Of a stretch of DNA of 64,000 nt, positions 20,772 through 30,659 are shown piece after piece. The notes under the pieces are model-generated. The model saw only the letters and a list, made by a program, of their open reading frames with translations, did no database searches and was not told the origin of the DNA. The stretch lies in the IMG/VR virus record IMGVR_UViG_3300044712_000936, positions 1 through 64,000 of that record; one strand, given 5' to 3'. The DNA is from a virus. Made by a program: the position numbers and the translations under genes. Within the stretch, counting starts at the first letter, position 1; each line of letters begins with the position of its first letter.

Positions 20772-21215
20772 CTATCCCGCCGTTTCCCATGCCGCCGCGT
20801 TTGACGCCAGATATGCGCCACATTCGATGCGACTTTCTGCCCAACTGGGCCACGTTGTGCCGTCATAGCCAAAGAGCGCCACTCGCAAATAGGCCGTGCT
20901 GGAGCGCGAAAACGTCACGACAGCGGTCTGTTTGCTGGCGAACGTTTGCAGGCTGGTTGCATGGGTAATGGTTGCGGCGCTCACCCCGAAAATCGCGGCT
21001 AATCGGTCTTTAAACGCCTGGATACTGATGGTATTCTCGTCAAACTCTGCCTCGAAAATGACCGCCTCGTTATCCAGCCGTGTGCGCCAGTGGTTACGGT
21101 AGGCGGGCTGTGGGTCGTTGTTGTTGCGTCCGAGGGCACGCAAGGCGGTCACGAGTTGGTTGCGCTGTGTTGCTGTGAGTGCTAGATTAATCGCTCCGAA
21201 GTAGACGTGTGCCAT
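20772..21215 (-). CDS. Hypothetical protein (high-GC block)
   Basis: Start MAHVYFG coupled to the LamG gene by a TAATG overlap. Confidence 0.65.
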   Translation of the reverse strand: MAHVYFGAINLALTATQRNQLVTALRALGRNNNDPQPAYRNHWRTRLDNEAVIFEAEFDENTISIQAFKDRLAAIFGVSAATITHATSLQTFASKQTAVVTFSRSSTAYLRVALFGYDGTTWPSWAESRIECGAYLASNAAAWETAG

Positions 21216-21940
21216 TAGACCCTCGCCAGTTGCGCCCATTTGGGCAGACCCAGCGGCGCGTTACAGGTGAAAGCGTGCTGAATCCGACCTAACCAAACAG
21301 ACGATGCGCTGTTGAAATTAACTGACCCGATGGATCGCCAGCTTGCCACGCCCCCCACGTAGGCGTTCGGATAGGCTGCGTCTGCCCCAACTCGCACACC
21401 GTTGACAATTGCGCGAATATAATTACCTGCAACACTCCACTCCAACCCCAATAACAGCGGTGTTGTCACTGTGGAGACATAGGTTCGATCCAGGCGGTCT
21501 ACCCCGCCTGTAGGGACATAAAATCTCAACGTATTAGCGAAAGCCTTGTAAATCAAAAAACGATTACTGGCGTCTTGCCCGATATGAAGAACAACCCTAT
21601 CGTCTTCCCCTACCCAACACGCCGCATCAGCCATTACCCACGCGCCCATTGCGCCTTCAGCCGGGTTAAAAACGCCATTGAGCGTTGTGGGCATGGCAAT
21701 ATAGTCATTCGTGCCATCAAAGTAGTAGGAGGTTCTGCCGTCGCCAATGCCCACCTGCCCAACCGTAGCCCCTGTGTTAGTAGCATTGAAGGAATTCCCG
21801 GAAATGTCATAAACGGTTGTACCTAATGATTCTCCTAAAGGCCATAGAGTTACACGAGACGATCCAAGAATAGTAAGAATATTTTGCCAGTAAGCTTGTA
21901 TATTCTCTTCGCCACCATTTAATACAATATCTATAGTCAT
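21215..21940 (-). CDS. LamG/concanavalin A-like lectin domain virion protein
   Basis: LWPLGE...YDISGN...SYYFDGTNDY...VNGV...WLGRI pattern. Confidence 0.8.
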   Translation of the reverse strand: MTIDIVLNGGEENIQAYWQNILTILGSSRVTLWPLGESLGTTVYDISGNSFNATNTGATVGQVGIGDGRTSYYFDGTNDYIAMPTTLNGVFNPAEGAMGAWVMADAACWVGEDDRVVLHIGQDASNRFLIYKAFANTLRFYVPTGGVDRLDRTYVSTVTTPLLLGLEWSVAGNYIRAIVNGVRVGADAAYPNAYVGGVASWRSIGSVNFNSASSVWLGRIQHAFTCNAPLGLPKWAQLARV

Positions 21941-21941
21941 T

Positions 21942-22337
21942 TTATGGCGCTATACTCATATAAGTAATTTTATCTCCAGCAACGGAACCTATATAAAACA
22001 ATAAACTCATGTTAGTTACAGGAATCCATCCCGAATCAGACCCCGGCCCAAGAATCAGTCCGGTTGAAGTGTCTTGAGTACCGTCTGTTATAGATACACT
22101 GGCATTCCATCCAATATGAATATACCCTGTGTTTAAAGGATGTGTTCTAAACTTAATCATGTCACAGGCTATATTAGGACACTGTTTTGCTGTGACAGCA
22201 ACAATTAACTCCCCCGTTCTAACCGTAGTATAAGGATAAGGTCTGGTTCTGCCAATAAGAAGATCAGGCGTGTTAATGGCCTGTTCATCCCTCATATTGT
22301 AAACAGGAAGTGGATTTCCGCCAAGTGGAAAAGTCAT
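21942..22337 (-). CDS. Hypothetical small beta-rich virion protein
   Basis: 131 aa with SD AAAGGAG; NTGYIHIG...GLILGPG pattern. Confidence 0.55.
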   Translation of the reverse strand: MTFPLGGNPLPVYNMRDEQAINTPDLLIGRTRPYPYTTVRTGELIVAVTAKQCPNIACDMIKFRTHPLNTGYIHIGWNASVSITDGTQDTSTGLILGPGSDSGWIPVTNMSLLFYIGSVAGDKITYMSIAP

Positions 22338-22401
22338 TTAATATACTCCTTTAGCAAATTAATATGCTATTAGTATACTGATGAAAGGAGTACAATAAAA
22401 A

Positions 22402-23067
22402 TTATGCAGGTTCCATCTCTGATAGACTTGGAACTTTATCTTGCCCCTCGTGATAAAACTTATGAGGAAGAGCGAGCATGATCTTTAATCGATTCGGATC
22501 GTCTGCCCATTTAACTGTTGCAATCCGCTCAACCTCACAAGCATTGATACCTTCTTCCCACTCTCCATATCGATCTGTCCATCTTTTATGAAATATTTCC
22601 GGCCTGTGACCTACACAGAATCCATAATTATCGAGATTCAATGCCCAACCTTGCCAATCAGTAGTCACAATCTCTACGTTACCTCTTTGGAAAGGGTGTG
22701 GTGGGCCTAGACGCATGATCCCTATGTTGTCATTTTCCAAGAGAGCTTTACACCAAGGATTCAAATCAAGAGGTTCAAGTAGTTGCCAGTCGTCAACTAA
22801 ATACATAACGAGGGGAGAAGTCTTGTAAGCTTCTGCAAAACCTTTATTCAAAGAAGCCCCTACACCACGTCTTTCTTGTCTTGAAAAGGTAATAGGACCA
22901 TTCCAAACTGGATTCCATTGTACAAAGGAACCGTCATCAGCTACATGAAGTCTGATAGTTCCATCATAGATAAAGTTTCGCCAACTTAACAGAGTTTTTT
23001 CAGCGATTTCTTTTCTTTGTTCGTCTCTGAAATAGGTCGTCATAACTATAGTTAAATCTGGTAACAA
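22402..23067 (-). CDS. Glycosyltransferase family 2
   Basis: VMTTY, VADDGS, LVDDW; TTG start with SD AAGGAG; resembles 15435-16136. Confidence 0.85.
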   Translation of the reverse strand: MLPDLTIVMTTYFRDEQRKEIAEKTLLSWRNFIYDGTIRLHVADDGSFVQWNPVWNGPITFSRQERRGVGASLNKGFAEAYKTSPLVMYLVDDWQLLEPLDLNPWCKALLENDNIGIMRLGPPHPFQRGNVEIVTTDWQGWALNLDNYGFCVGHRPEIFHKRWTDRYGEWEEGINACEVERIATVKWADDPNRLKIMLALPHKFYHEGQDKVPSLSEMEPA

Positions 23068-23077
23068 GGTAAACTCC

Positions 23078-23545
23078 TTAGTTTAATTTAAATCCAACTA
23101 CAACTAATCGACTATAACCTTCACAGGTAATTAGCGTTAACTGCTCACCGCCCAAAGAAGGTGCTAACCACTGCGTTTCTGAAATATCTATGTTGTGGTA
23201 TATATTTACCACTTCATAAGTTTCTTTATAATTTAGTGTGTATAAATAGATATAGTCACCTATATACAATTCATCCAGTCGTTCAAACGCACCGTTACTA
23301 TGACCAGCTAATACGACTGTTCCCCAATCATCAGTAATCCAATTCGTTTCTTCTAACCATCCAGCACCGTTACTACCCACTACGTCCATATTATACTGTC
23401 TATTAACAATCGGAATTTCTTGCAGAGGTCTCCATAGATCAATAGATGGTATAACTAACCATCCTACAGGTTTATCTTGGACTTGTATGGATGATACGGG
23501 CAAGATAAAATAGATAATAATAAGAATTAATAAAAAGGTTTTCAT
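23078..23545 (-). CDS. Sortase (class D/F-like)
   Basis: N-terminal anchor, LVIPSI, LAGHS (His), LTLITC (Cys), RLVV (Arg). Confidence 0.9.
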   Translation of the reverse strand: MKTFLLILIIIYFILPVSSIQVQDKPVGWLVIPSIDLWRPLQEIPIVNRQYNMDVVGSNGAGWLEETNWITDDWGTVVLAGHSNGAFERLDELYIGDYIYLYTLNYKETYEVVNIYHNIDISETQWLAPSLGGEQLTLITCEGYSRLVVVGFKLN

Positions 23546-23565
23546 AGTTTGCCTTTCAGCAAAAT

Positions 23566-23600
23566 AAAAGAGGCCTATATTTTATTATAGACCTCTTTTT
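23566..23600. terminator. Intrinsic terminator after the major capsid gene
   Basis: AAAAGAGG-CCTATA...TATAG-ACCTCTTTTT hairpin with A/T tracts on both sides. Confidence 0.7.
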
Positions 23601-23620
23601 ATTACTAGTCAACTATTAAA

Positions 23621-25093
23621 TTACTGGGCACGAACATCCACTGAAGCATAAGAGTACGGAGTACCCTGGCTGACAGTTGTGTTACCACCGTCAACGAAAT
23701 ATGGATCATCGTGGAACGGCTGACGCGGGATCTGGAGCGGGCAAACCATAACGTTCTGGATTCTACCAGCCAGATGCGGGGTCAACAGGCGCAGACGTGG
23801 ACGAATGAGTGTGGTCCAGTCAAAGCAGTATAGCGTCTGTCGAGGAGTCCACAGCCACATACCACCGTCCGACCAGATCAGATTCGAAACACGACCATCT
23901 GCCGCTAATTCACCAGCAGCCCCTGGACCTGCAAAGTTGAAATATTCCATGTACAGCACCTGAGTATTACCCTTAACCGTAAACGGCAGGAGGTAAATAT
24001 CAGACAGCATACAACCGCTAGGAACATCACCATCGTTTTCATTGTAGGTCACAGAAATTGAATCGTCAACAATCACCGGAATACGAACACCGTCAATTGT
24101 CAGATAATTCCCGTTAAACATATCATCAGACATCCGGCGCATTGCCATTGCATCTGTGTTGTTGGCTAGCTGATTAGCTGTTGCACCGCAACGGTAACTA
24201 GCATACACACAGGGCCAATAGTCTGTCAGTTCACGGAACATCGGTTCTGTCATGACCCACGCCCACTGAACGGGACGCATGTTCATTCGAGAAGCGTTGT
24301 GGTTCACATAGCGCCACATCGTAGTCATATAGTGGAACAGAGTAGCCGCAGCCTGATCGACACGCTGGCTACCAAAGTCTTTAATATCGCTTGCCAGTGA
24401 GGGGCAGTTTGCGCCAGTGATAATGTCGGTATGGGTTGTTGTAACCAAACCCTCTAAGCCGAGAAATTCAGCATAGCCTGTACCAAGATTATTCAGGGGT
24501 GAACCTGTCCAAACCATATGGCTCAGAACATCTTCAAGTTCAACACCAACTGCAAGCATCTTTGCCGCCAAGTCAGAGGCGAACACCTTACGAGCGCCAC
24601 CAGTAATTCCTGGGGGCAGCATTTTCTCAGCAACATCAACGATTGGATCATTGACTAGCTGCAAATCAAACATCTCGCCACGATTGATCCGATCACCCGA
24701 TGCTGACAGATCAATAACCTCTGTAGTACGAGCGATACGGCCCATAGCTGAACCCTGCAAACAGGATTTCATCTGACCGGGGCGCGGTGGATCCGCACAA
24801 GGAGTAGACTGTTCAGCAGCACCATTACCAGCTGTAAAGCCTGTCAAATATCCAACAATAGGGTGCGTGTCGTTTGTGGCACGCGCAGCAGGCAGAGCGG
24901 CGATCAGACCCTTAGCATTAACGCGAGTTGAGAAAATATCACGTTCAATACCGGGGTAACTAAAGATACCGTTACTGCCATGCACCCGATTGGTAGAAAT
25001 TGAAAAACCAGCGGGTAAATCGTGCTTCTGCCGCTCACTCAAATGCGGAGTTAACAACTGAGCAAGAGCATTTACAAGTTCATTACCGTCCAT
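23621..25093 (-). CDS. Major capsid protein
   Basis: 490 aa after protease/scaffold and before a terminator; IDGVRIPVIVDD, SDIYLLP. Confidence 0.8.
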   Translation of the reverse strand: MDGNELVNALAQLLTPHLSERQKHDLPAGFSISTNRVHGSNGIFSYPGIERDIFSTRVNAKGLIAALPAARATNDTHPIVGYLTGFTAGNGAAEQSTPCADPPRPGQMKSCLQGSAMGRIARTTEVIDLSASGDRINRGEMFDLQLVNDPIVDVAEKMLPPGITGGARKVFASDLAAKMLAVGVELEDVLSHMVWTGSPLNNLGTGYAEFLGLEGLVTTTHTDIITGANCPSLASDIKDFGSQRVDQAAATLFHYMTTMWRYVNHNASRMNMRPVQWAWVMTEPMFRELTDYWPCVYASYRCGATANQLANNTDAMAMRRMSDDMFNGNYLTIDGVRIPVIVDDSISVTYNENDGDVPSGCMLSDIYLLPFTVKGNTQVLYMEYFNFAGPGAAGELAADGRVSNLIWSDGGMWLWTPRQTLYCFDWTTLIRPRLRLLTPHLAGRIQNVMVCPLQIPRQPFHDDPYFVDGGNTTVSQGTPYSYASVDVRAQ

Positions 25094-25119
25094 TTTAAGC
25101 TTTGTCTCCTAAGTGTATA

Positions 25120-26355
25120 TTACTTAATTGCAGTACCCCAAAAGATTTTATCGGAATCTAAAGTTTCCCAACCACGCATCGGATTTGCTTCTTTCTTTGC
25201 TTCCACAGGAACGGGAGTCTTGTCGGTCATGACGCCAATCAGCTTCTGCCAATTAGGTTCAATCATCCGAGCAACTTTCTCGTCTTCTGTTTCTTCTACA
25301 GCTTTAATCCGACTTTCCATCTGATCCAGACCTGCCTTAATTTCGGCGCGGATTCCGTCCAGTCGTTCGTTGAGGGTCGCCACTAAGCCATCAATATTAA
25401 TACCTTCGGCAACCTTCAGAACTAGATCATTAATCAGTTTCTGAGCTTCGTTTGGAACTTCGTTTTCCTCAGTCTTTTCACCTTCAGGAGCAACTGGCTC
25501 TGCCGGTGTCTGTTCTGGTTCTGCATTTTCCTTCTCAGGTTCCGCAGGAGGATTTTCTTTAAACTCAGTGCCTTTGTTACGCAACTCATTCTGCTTATCC
25601 TCTGTCGAGTGCTCGATTTCGTCACCTAAACCATCTGAAATCGTATTCAACAGAGCTTTTTCTTCAGCATCCATTGGTAACTCATTCCCTCCAAAGATTT
25701 TTGCATCGGTATACACGTTAGCCGCCCGACTTCTATGTAATACCGAATACTCGAATGACTTATATTCGTCATAAATACTATCACTATATTTACCAGGAAC
25801 AAAACCGTGCGACATTCCAAGTTCACCAGCCACGTTTTGTAACTGCTTTACTAATTCTTTCTTATTATCATACACCTTAGCAACCACGATCACAAAACCG
25901 TTGGAATAAATAACCTTTTCGGTTTCTGCAATTGCATAGTCTTTGTAGAAATCGCGCATGATTCCACTCAAAGTATTGTTGTTAATCAGGCCCATTTCGT
26001 GAGCTTTCATAACAGCTACCCAAAAGCCAGGGGCATAGCGAGGCATATGGTACAACGTAATCTGCGGTTTTACACCAGTTTCTTTCAGCCACTCAATATA
26101 TTTTAAGTGAGCTTCCTCACTTATAATCTGATTTTGGCGGTCTTTAAACTGGTTGGAATACGTGCCCACAAACCACATCTGACCGTTGGCATCTTCTTTG
26201 AACATAACTGAATTTTCACGTTCCGAAGATTCAATAGCACCGATCTGTGAAACAGCACGCTCCTTAGTCGGATGGCAACCAAAAGAATGACCTTCGGGAT
26301 CATCTTTCTTTACCACACAATACATTCCATTTCTTTCTCTGATTGTATAGGGCAT
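25120..26355 (-). CDS. Prohead protease/scaffold
   Basis: FKDRQNQII, LYH, GMSHGF, EYSVL...AANVYT HK97-protease-like pattern plus an acidic Pro/Glu C-terminal scaffold. Confidence 0.7.
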   Translation of the reverse strand: MPYTIRERNGMYCVVKKDDPEGHSFGCHPTKERAVSQIGAIESSERENSVMFKEDANGQMWFVGTYSNQFKDRQNQIISEEAHLKYIEWLKETGVKPQITLYHMPRYAPGFWVAVMKAHEMGLINNNTLSGIMRDFYKDYAIAETEKVIYSNGFVIVVAKVYDNKKELVKQLQNVAGELGMSHGFVPGKYSDSIYDEYKSFEYSVLHRSRAANVYTDAKIFGGNELPMDAEEKALLNTISDGLGDEIEHSTEDKQNELRNKGTEFKENPPAEPEKENAEPEQTPAEPVAPEGEKTEENEVPNEAQKLINDLVLKVAEGINIDGLVATLNERLDGIRAEIKAGLDQMESRIKAVEETEDEKVARMIEPNWQKLIGVMTDKTPVPVEAKKEANPMRGWETLDSDKIFWGTAIK

Positions 26356-26357
26356 TT

Positions 26358-26930
26358 TTAATCCTTTAACGCTCTCTGAATTGCTTTAATCACTTTATTA
26401 GTAATTTCCTTCTTTTCTTCTTTAACGATATGGTCTTCAAAATGTCTTGCTTTTATACTTGACATTTTTATCCGCTTAGGCTTCACGAAAACCATTTTTT
26501 CACCGTATCTTCTAGGGTTTCCCGCTGTACCATATACGTTATTAGGCCCGGTCTTTGCCTTGTATCGTTTAAAGACCATAGCCCCTGCCCGAACAGCGGT
26601 AACATGGCGACCTTTACGATTAGTTCCTAAGCTTACCCATCTCCATCTTGATTTTGCTTTATCAGAACCACTTAGAGTCATCAGCAAAACCAAATTGTCG
26701 CCCATAACACGATATTGTCCAGTAAAAGTCGGTTTTGTTTGCCAATATTTAATTCTTTTCTGCTGTGCGCCCTGTAACTGTGTTTTTACCGGACCTAACA
26801 AGACATCTTTAACTGCTGCTTTTATTTTTTTATCCAGGTGTACAGGAAAGTCCTGTGGCTTAGGTAAGATAGGCTCTATCTTTATATTGATTGAAGCCTG
26901 TTTAGCGCACATTATCTGATTCCATACCAC
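26358..26930 (-). CDS. Basic virion morphogenesis protein (neck/HK97 gp10-like, tentative)
   Basis: Lys-rich, WVSLGT and IKARHF motifs; follows the portal gene. Confidence 0.45.
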   Translation of the reverse strand: MVWNQIMCAKQASINIKIEPILPKPQDFPVHLDKKIKAAVKDVLLGPVKTQLQGAQQKRIKYWQTKPTFTGQYRVMGDNLVLLMTLSGSDKAKSRWRWVSLGTNRKGRHVTAVRAGAMVFKRYKAKTGPNNVYGTAGNPRRYGEKMVFVKPKRIKMSSIKARHFEDHIVKEEKKEITNKVIKAIQRALKD

Positions 26931-28302
26931 CTACGACCTGATCCGCCGAAAATTCGTCTGGTTTAGTCTGTAAATTACCCGCTTGCGGAGCAGCTACACC
27001 ACGACTTTCAATTGCTTCCACCATATGCTCCGGTAAGTCACCAGATAACACAGCCAATTCACGAGCGGCTTGCAGATCCAATTCACCAGACTTGACACGC
27101 AAGACACGATCTTTACCGCGTGTAAAGCTTGCATCAGCCTTAGCTGTTTCTGCCTGTAAGTCATGCTCCATAAACTGAAATTTGACATTTCTAGGCAAAA
27201 TGCCGTTATTATTGAGCATATGCTCTATCATTTTCATCATCAAAGCCGGACCTTTACCCTGCGTTTTCATGTGCAGAATATCGGACTGCTGAGACGAACC
27301 TAGATTGCCACCGGGTAAAGGCGCAAATTCCTGATAGTCCACACCGAAGGTCAAAGCTAACTGAGCAATGTACCATTTCATTGTACTATCTTCATCAAAG
27401 GCATCAGGCAAAGAAGCCAGATTGATAGTTTTAACATCTACACCAGAAGTCGGGTCTAAACCAGCGATAACAATAGGATTACTGTAGCGCAGCAAACCCA
27501 TATTCAACGACTGGTTCTTACCAACAATCATGGCATCATCTAATTCGTTCTGGTTGACACCTGACACCAGATGCACGGCTCTACTGAAGTTACCGCTGAC
27601 TTTTTCCCGTTTGTAAATTTCGATGTCGCGCAAAATCTGAGCAGCACGTAAACAACGGGTCAAAGCACAATACTGCACTCCATAAGCTTCTTCGATAGGG
27701 GAGGGCATTTCCTCCAAAAGCAAAACTTGATACCACTTCATATAGGTTTCACGACCATTACGATCCCGATACAGGACTGGCAATTCCTGATTGCCTGTTC
27801 GTTCACAACGAGCGGAATCAAGGTGAGTTATATTGATCACAGGTGAATCTGGTCTATCTTCTGTTCTGATTAACTGCCAGAAAGCACCGTTATCTTGGGT
27901 ATAAATATCAATTAAAGTTTTAAATAATAACTCAAACCAGCCGTTCCCATACTCAGCGTTAGCCAACATCCGAGTCACAGCCCGAATAGTATTCTTGGGT
28001 CGAGGACCATTTGGATCAGTGGCTACAATTTCCCACTCAAAAGCGGAGATACGAGAAGTTGCAGCATAAATCGCTGATGCTACCATAGGTTCAGTAGGCC
28101 AGAAATCTCGTAATTGTTTATCTCTATTAGCAGGTGTAGTAGACCAGGATGTAATATCATCAGCGGTGTTGGCTATATACAAAACATACTTTCCAAAACC
28201 CCCTCTTTCTTTGGGTTTAGGAAAGTCAACGACACTGTTTTTAACAATGTCTGGATTTATTTGCTTAACTGTTTCAATCTGCACGTAATCATTGTCGGGC
28301 AT
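26902..28302 (-). CDS. Portal protein
   Basis: 466 aa directly after TerL; DIYTQDNGAFW, LALTFGVD. Confidence 0.85.
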   Translation of the reverse strand: MPDNDYVQIETVKQINPDIVKNSVVDFPKPKERGGFGKYVLYIANTADDITSWSTTPANRDKQLRDFWPTEPMVASAIYAATSRISAFEWEIVATDPNGPRPKNTIRAVTRMLANAEYGNGWFELLFKTLIDIYTQDNGAFWQLIRTEDRPDSPVINITHLDSARCERTGNQELPVLYRDRNGRETYMKWYQVLLLEEMPSPIEEAYGVQYCALTRCLRAAQILRDIEIYKREKVSGNFSRAVHLVSGVNQNELDDAMIVGKNQSLNMGLLRYSNPIVIAGLDPTSGVDVKTINLASLPDAFDEDSTMKWYIAQLALTFGVDYQEFAPLPGGNLGSSQQSDILHMKTQGKGPALMMKMIEHMLNNNGILPRNVKFQFMEHDLQAETAKADASFTRGKDRVLRVKSGELDLQAARELAVLSGDLPEHMVEAIESRGVAAPQAGNLQTKPDEFSADQVVGGMESDNVR

Positions 28303-29911
28303 TTCTAATATCCTGTAGTTTCTGTAATAATTCTTGTTCCGTCATGTTTAGGTTAAGCCTTTTTCCACCCGTTATATTTAAGCGCAAGCATTGTTCAGAA
28401 GCCATTGAGCAAGCCACAGCAGCATCAATTTTTAAAGAATCTGCTAACTTTACCAGCCGTAGTTTTCCACCATCTGTCTGAGCACCCGCTTGTGTAATAT
28501 GTTGGTATAGAGTCGGTAATTCACCCTGTTTGTTTAAACCGTCACCATTAACATCCCAAAACAGAGAACGATTTAAAATGCGATCATACAGACCCTTATC
28601 AGCTACAGCACGATCTTTTTGCTGAGAGAAGTTGTACATCCATACTACATTTTCTTTGCGTAACCGTTGTGCCATATCCTCTAACTGATATTTATCGTAG
28701 GCTATGCAAACAACATTATATTTGGCACACAACTCTCTTAACTTTGGTTCTACATCTTCACTAATCTTAATTGTACCACCGCTTTTTTGTGGAGTGAAAA
28801 TATAACAAAAACGAACCAGTAAATTTGATGAATCTTCGTAGTCACGAGTCACACCAACGATAGCAGCAAAGTCATTCGTAATAGCACCGTCAACACCTAA
28901 CACCAACGGAACACTTTTATCCAGAGCCGGTACATTTTCCTTTTTGACTGATTCCCATAACTGCGGCTGAATAAACGAATCAACCGGGGAAATCCACATA
29001 TTACGATGGATACGATCAAATTCATGAGGAGGCAATAACTTGGCTTCCATCTGATAATATTCAGGTGTTTGCCACTTCATACGCGGCTCATGATCCCAAT
29101 AACAGAATATACCAGCAGCTTCATTTGTAAAAACTACGTAGTCACCATTGCCTGACAAATTGGATCGTAAATCCATAAAGTCAGGATGTGGAGTACCTTC
29201 TTTAACCGCTGTTCGATACAGACCTTCCAGTAATTCACTTGTGCCAGTTTCCCCCGCATAACTTTCAATCCAACGCATAGCATAGCCATATAGAGTAGGA
29301 GGCAAGGTCATTTCTGTAAACAATCGTTTCTTTGATTCCGTTTTAAAGCCCCACAACTCTGAATAACACACAAACAGAGGCTGTGAACCGGCTTCACCCT
29401 CAGCATCACAAGGGATAGCCCTAATTTTAGTGTTGTTTGGTAAAGTAACTTCTGTTAATTGGTAGTGAACATCCTTAAATATTCCTCCTAGCTGTGCATG
29501 TAACTTAAAATTGGTACGAATAGGGGAATAAATACGGTCTGTAGCTTGAACACCGTCATTCGCAAGGCAATAAACCTGTGAATAAGGACTATGGTAAGCA
29601 AAATACAAGGTTATAGCCGACGCTATAGCTGATTTACCAGACTTCTTAGGGGCAGAATAGATAACTGTACTGTATTTGAGTCTTCCATCTGGTCTTTTAG
29701 ACAATGCTTCGTTAACAATTCGTTTCTGGTGATCAGACAAGAGGAGAGGACCGGGGGGAAGTTTCTCATCCGTTATTGGATCTCGAGGATCCGGTACATA
29801 ATAGTTCTTTTCAATCCAATCAGCCGGACTCTGAACGATCTGCTGTTGTACGGACTGTAGGCGACTCGATAAGCGCTCTGCCACCTGATCCAACAATGTC
29901 ATGTACACCAC
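28289..29911 (-). CDS. terL: Terminase large subunit
   Basis: Walker A APKKSGKS, Walker B-like VCYSE, nuclease motifs LGVDGA, YDKYQ, KIDAAVA. Confidence 0.92.
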   Translation of the reverse strand: MVYMTLLDQVAERLSSRLQSVQQQIVQSPADWIEKNYYVPDPRDPITDEKLPPGPLLLSDHQKRIVNEALSKRPDGRLKYSTVIYSAPKKSGKSAIASAITLYFAYHSPYSQVYCLANDGVQATDRIYSPIRTNFKLHAQLGGIFKDVHYQLTEVTLPNNTKIRAIPCDAEGEAGSQPLFVCYSELWGFKTESKKRLFTEMTLPPTLYGYAMRWIESYAGETGTSELLEGLYRTAVKEGTPHPDFMDLRSNLSGNGDYVVFTNEAAGIFCYWDHEPRMKWQTPEYYQMEAKLLPPHEFDRIHRNMWISPVDSFIQPQLWESVKKENVPALDKSVPLVLGVDGAITNDFAAIVGVTRDYEDSSNLLVRFCYIFTPQKSGGTIKISEDVEPKLRELCAKYNVVCIAYDKYQLEDMAQRLRKENVVWMYNFSQQKDRAVADKGLYDRILNRSLFWDVNGDGLNKQGELPTLYQHITQAGAQTDGGKLRLVKLADSLKIDAAVACSMASEQCLRLNITGGKRLNLNMTEQELLQKLQDIRNARQ

Positions 29912-30659
29912 CTGTTATGATTCTTAAAACACTGTTCTGCTCAATCGGAGAACTTACTTGTTTCAGTACAGTGTCAGTAATTAAAGAACACAAACGATCA
30001 ATGATTCCTAATACCTGTTCTTGATTCAAAAACAAACGCATTTCTTTAGAGCGATCAATCTCTGCTTTGGTCAAATCTTTGATAACTAAAGTGTTCTTTC
30101 TAATTTCTTCCCATGCCATAGAGCCATCTTGTACTACTTTAATAACAGCCTTAAGTTTGGCTATACCGCTGACATAATCGCCACCTTCTAACAGTTCCAA
30201 CGCATCATAGAGTCCTTTAATGTTTCTAGGAAAAGATAAAGCCCCTTCTGCCAAATTCTCTGATAACTGAGCATTTCGGGCAGAAAGCAAAGCTGTATTA
30301 TGACGCATATTAAATAGTTCATCATCTTCGACAAACGTTCTATATTTATCAGCTAAATCACCTTTAATGTAATCTGTTGCTACTTTTGGCATATTCTTAG
30401 TATATCTCCTTCCCGGTGCTGGTCCACCACGATTACCAGCGCCATGAAATCTACAGACGAAATATCCAGGTCTAGCGGGAAAACCGCACTGATGTTCAGG
30501 CCACATATCGGTAGACGATGTATAAGTTCCGTTTCTCTTGGCTTCTTTTACTTTGCTTGTTTTAACAGCGTGACAACGAACTGTTACACCATCGGACATA
30601 AAGCGCACGCCAGAACCATCTATAAACCGCTGTTTGGGTGTATGTTGTCTCTGAGTCAT
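29820..30659 (-). CDS. Putative terminase small subunit
   Basis: Upstream of and overlapping TerL; C...C...CRFHGAG (HGGxSTG-like) N-terminus; SD GGGAG before ATG 30659. Confidence 0.65.
   Translation of the reverse strand: MTQRQHTPKQRFIDGSGVRFMSDGVTVRCHAVKTSKVKEAKRNGTYTSSTDMWPEHQCGFPARPGYFVCRFHGAGNRGGPAPGRRYTKNMPKVATDYIKGDLADKYRTFVEDDELFNMRHNTALLSARNAQLSENLAEGALSFPRNIKGLYDALELLEGGDYVSGIAKLKAVIKVVQDGSMAWEEIRKNTLVIKDLTKAEIDRSKEMRLFLNQEQVLGIIDRLCSLITDTVLKQVSSPIEQNSVLRIITGGVHDIVGSGGRALIESPTVRTTADRSESG

Noticed and set aside
20740-20872. N-terminal extension of ORF 20192-20872
   Set aside because: It overlaps the upstream gene; the SD and signal peptide point to GTG 20740.
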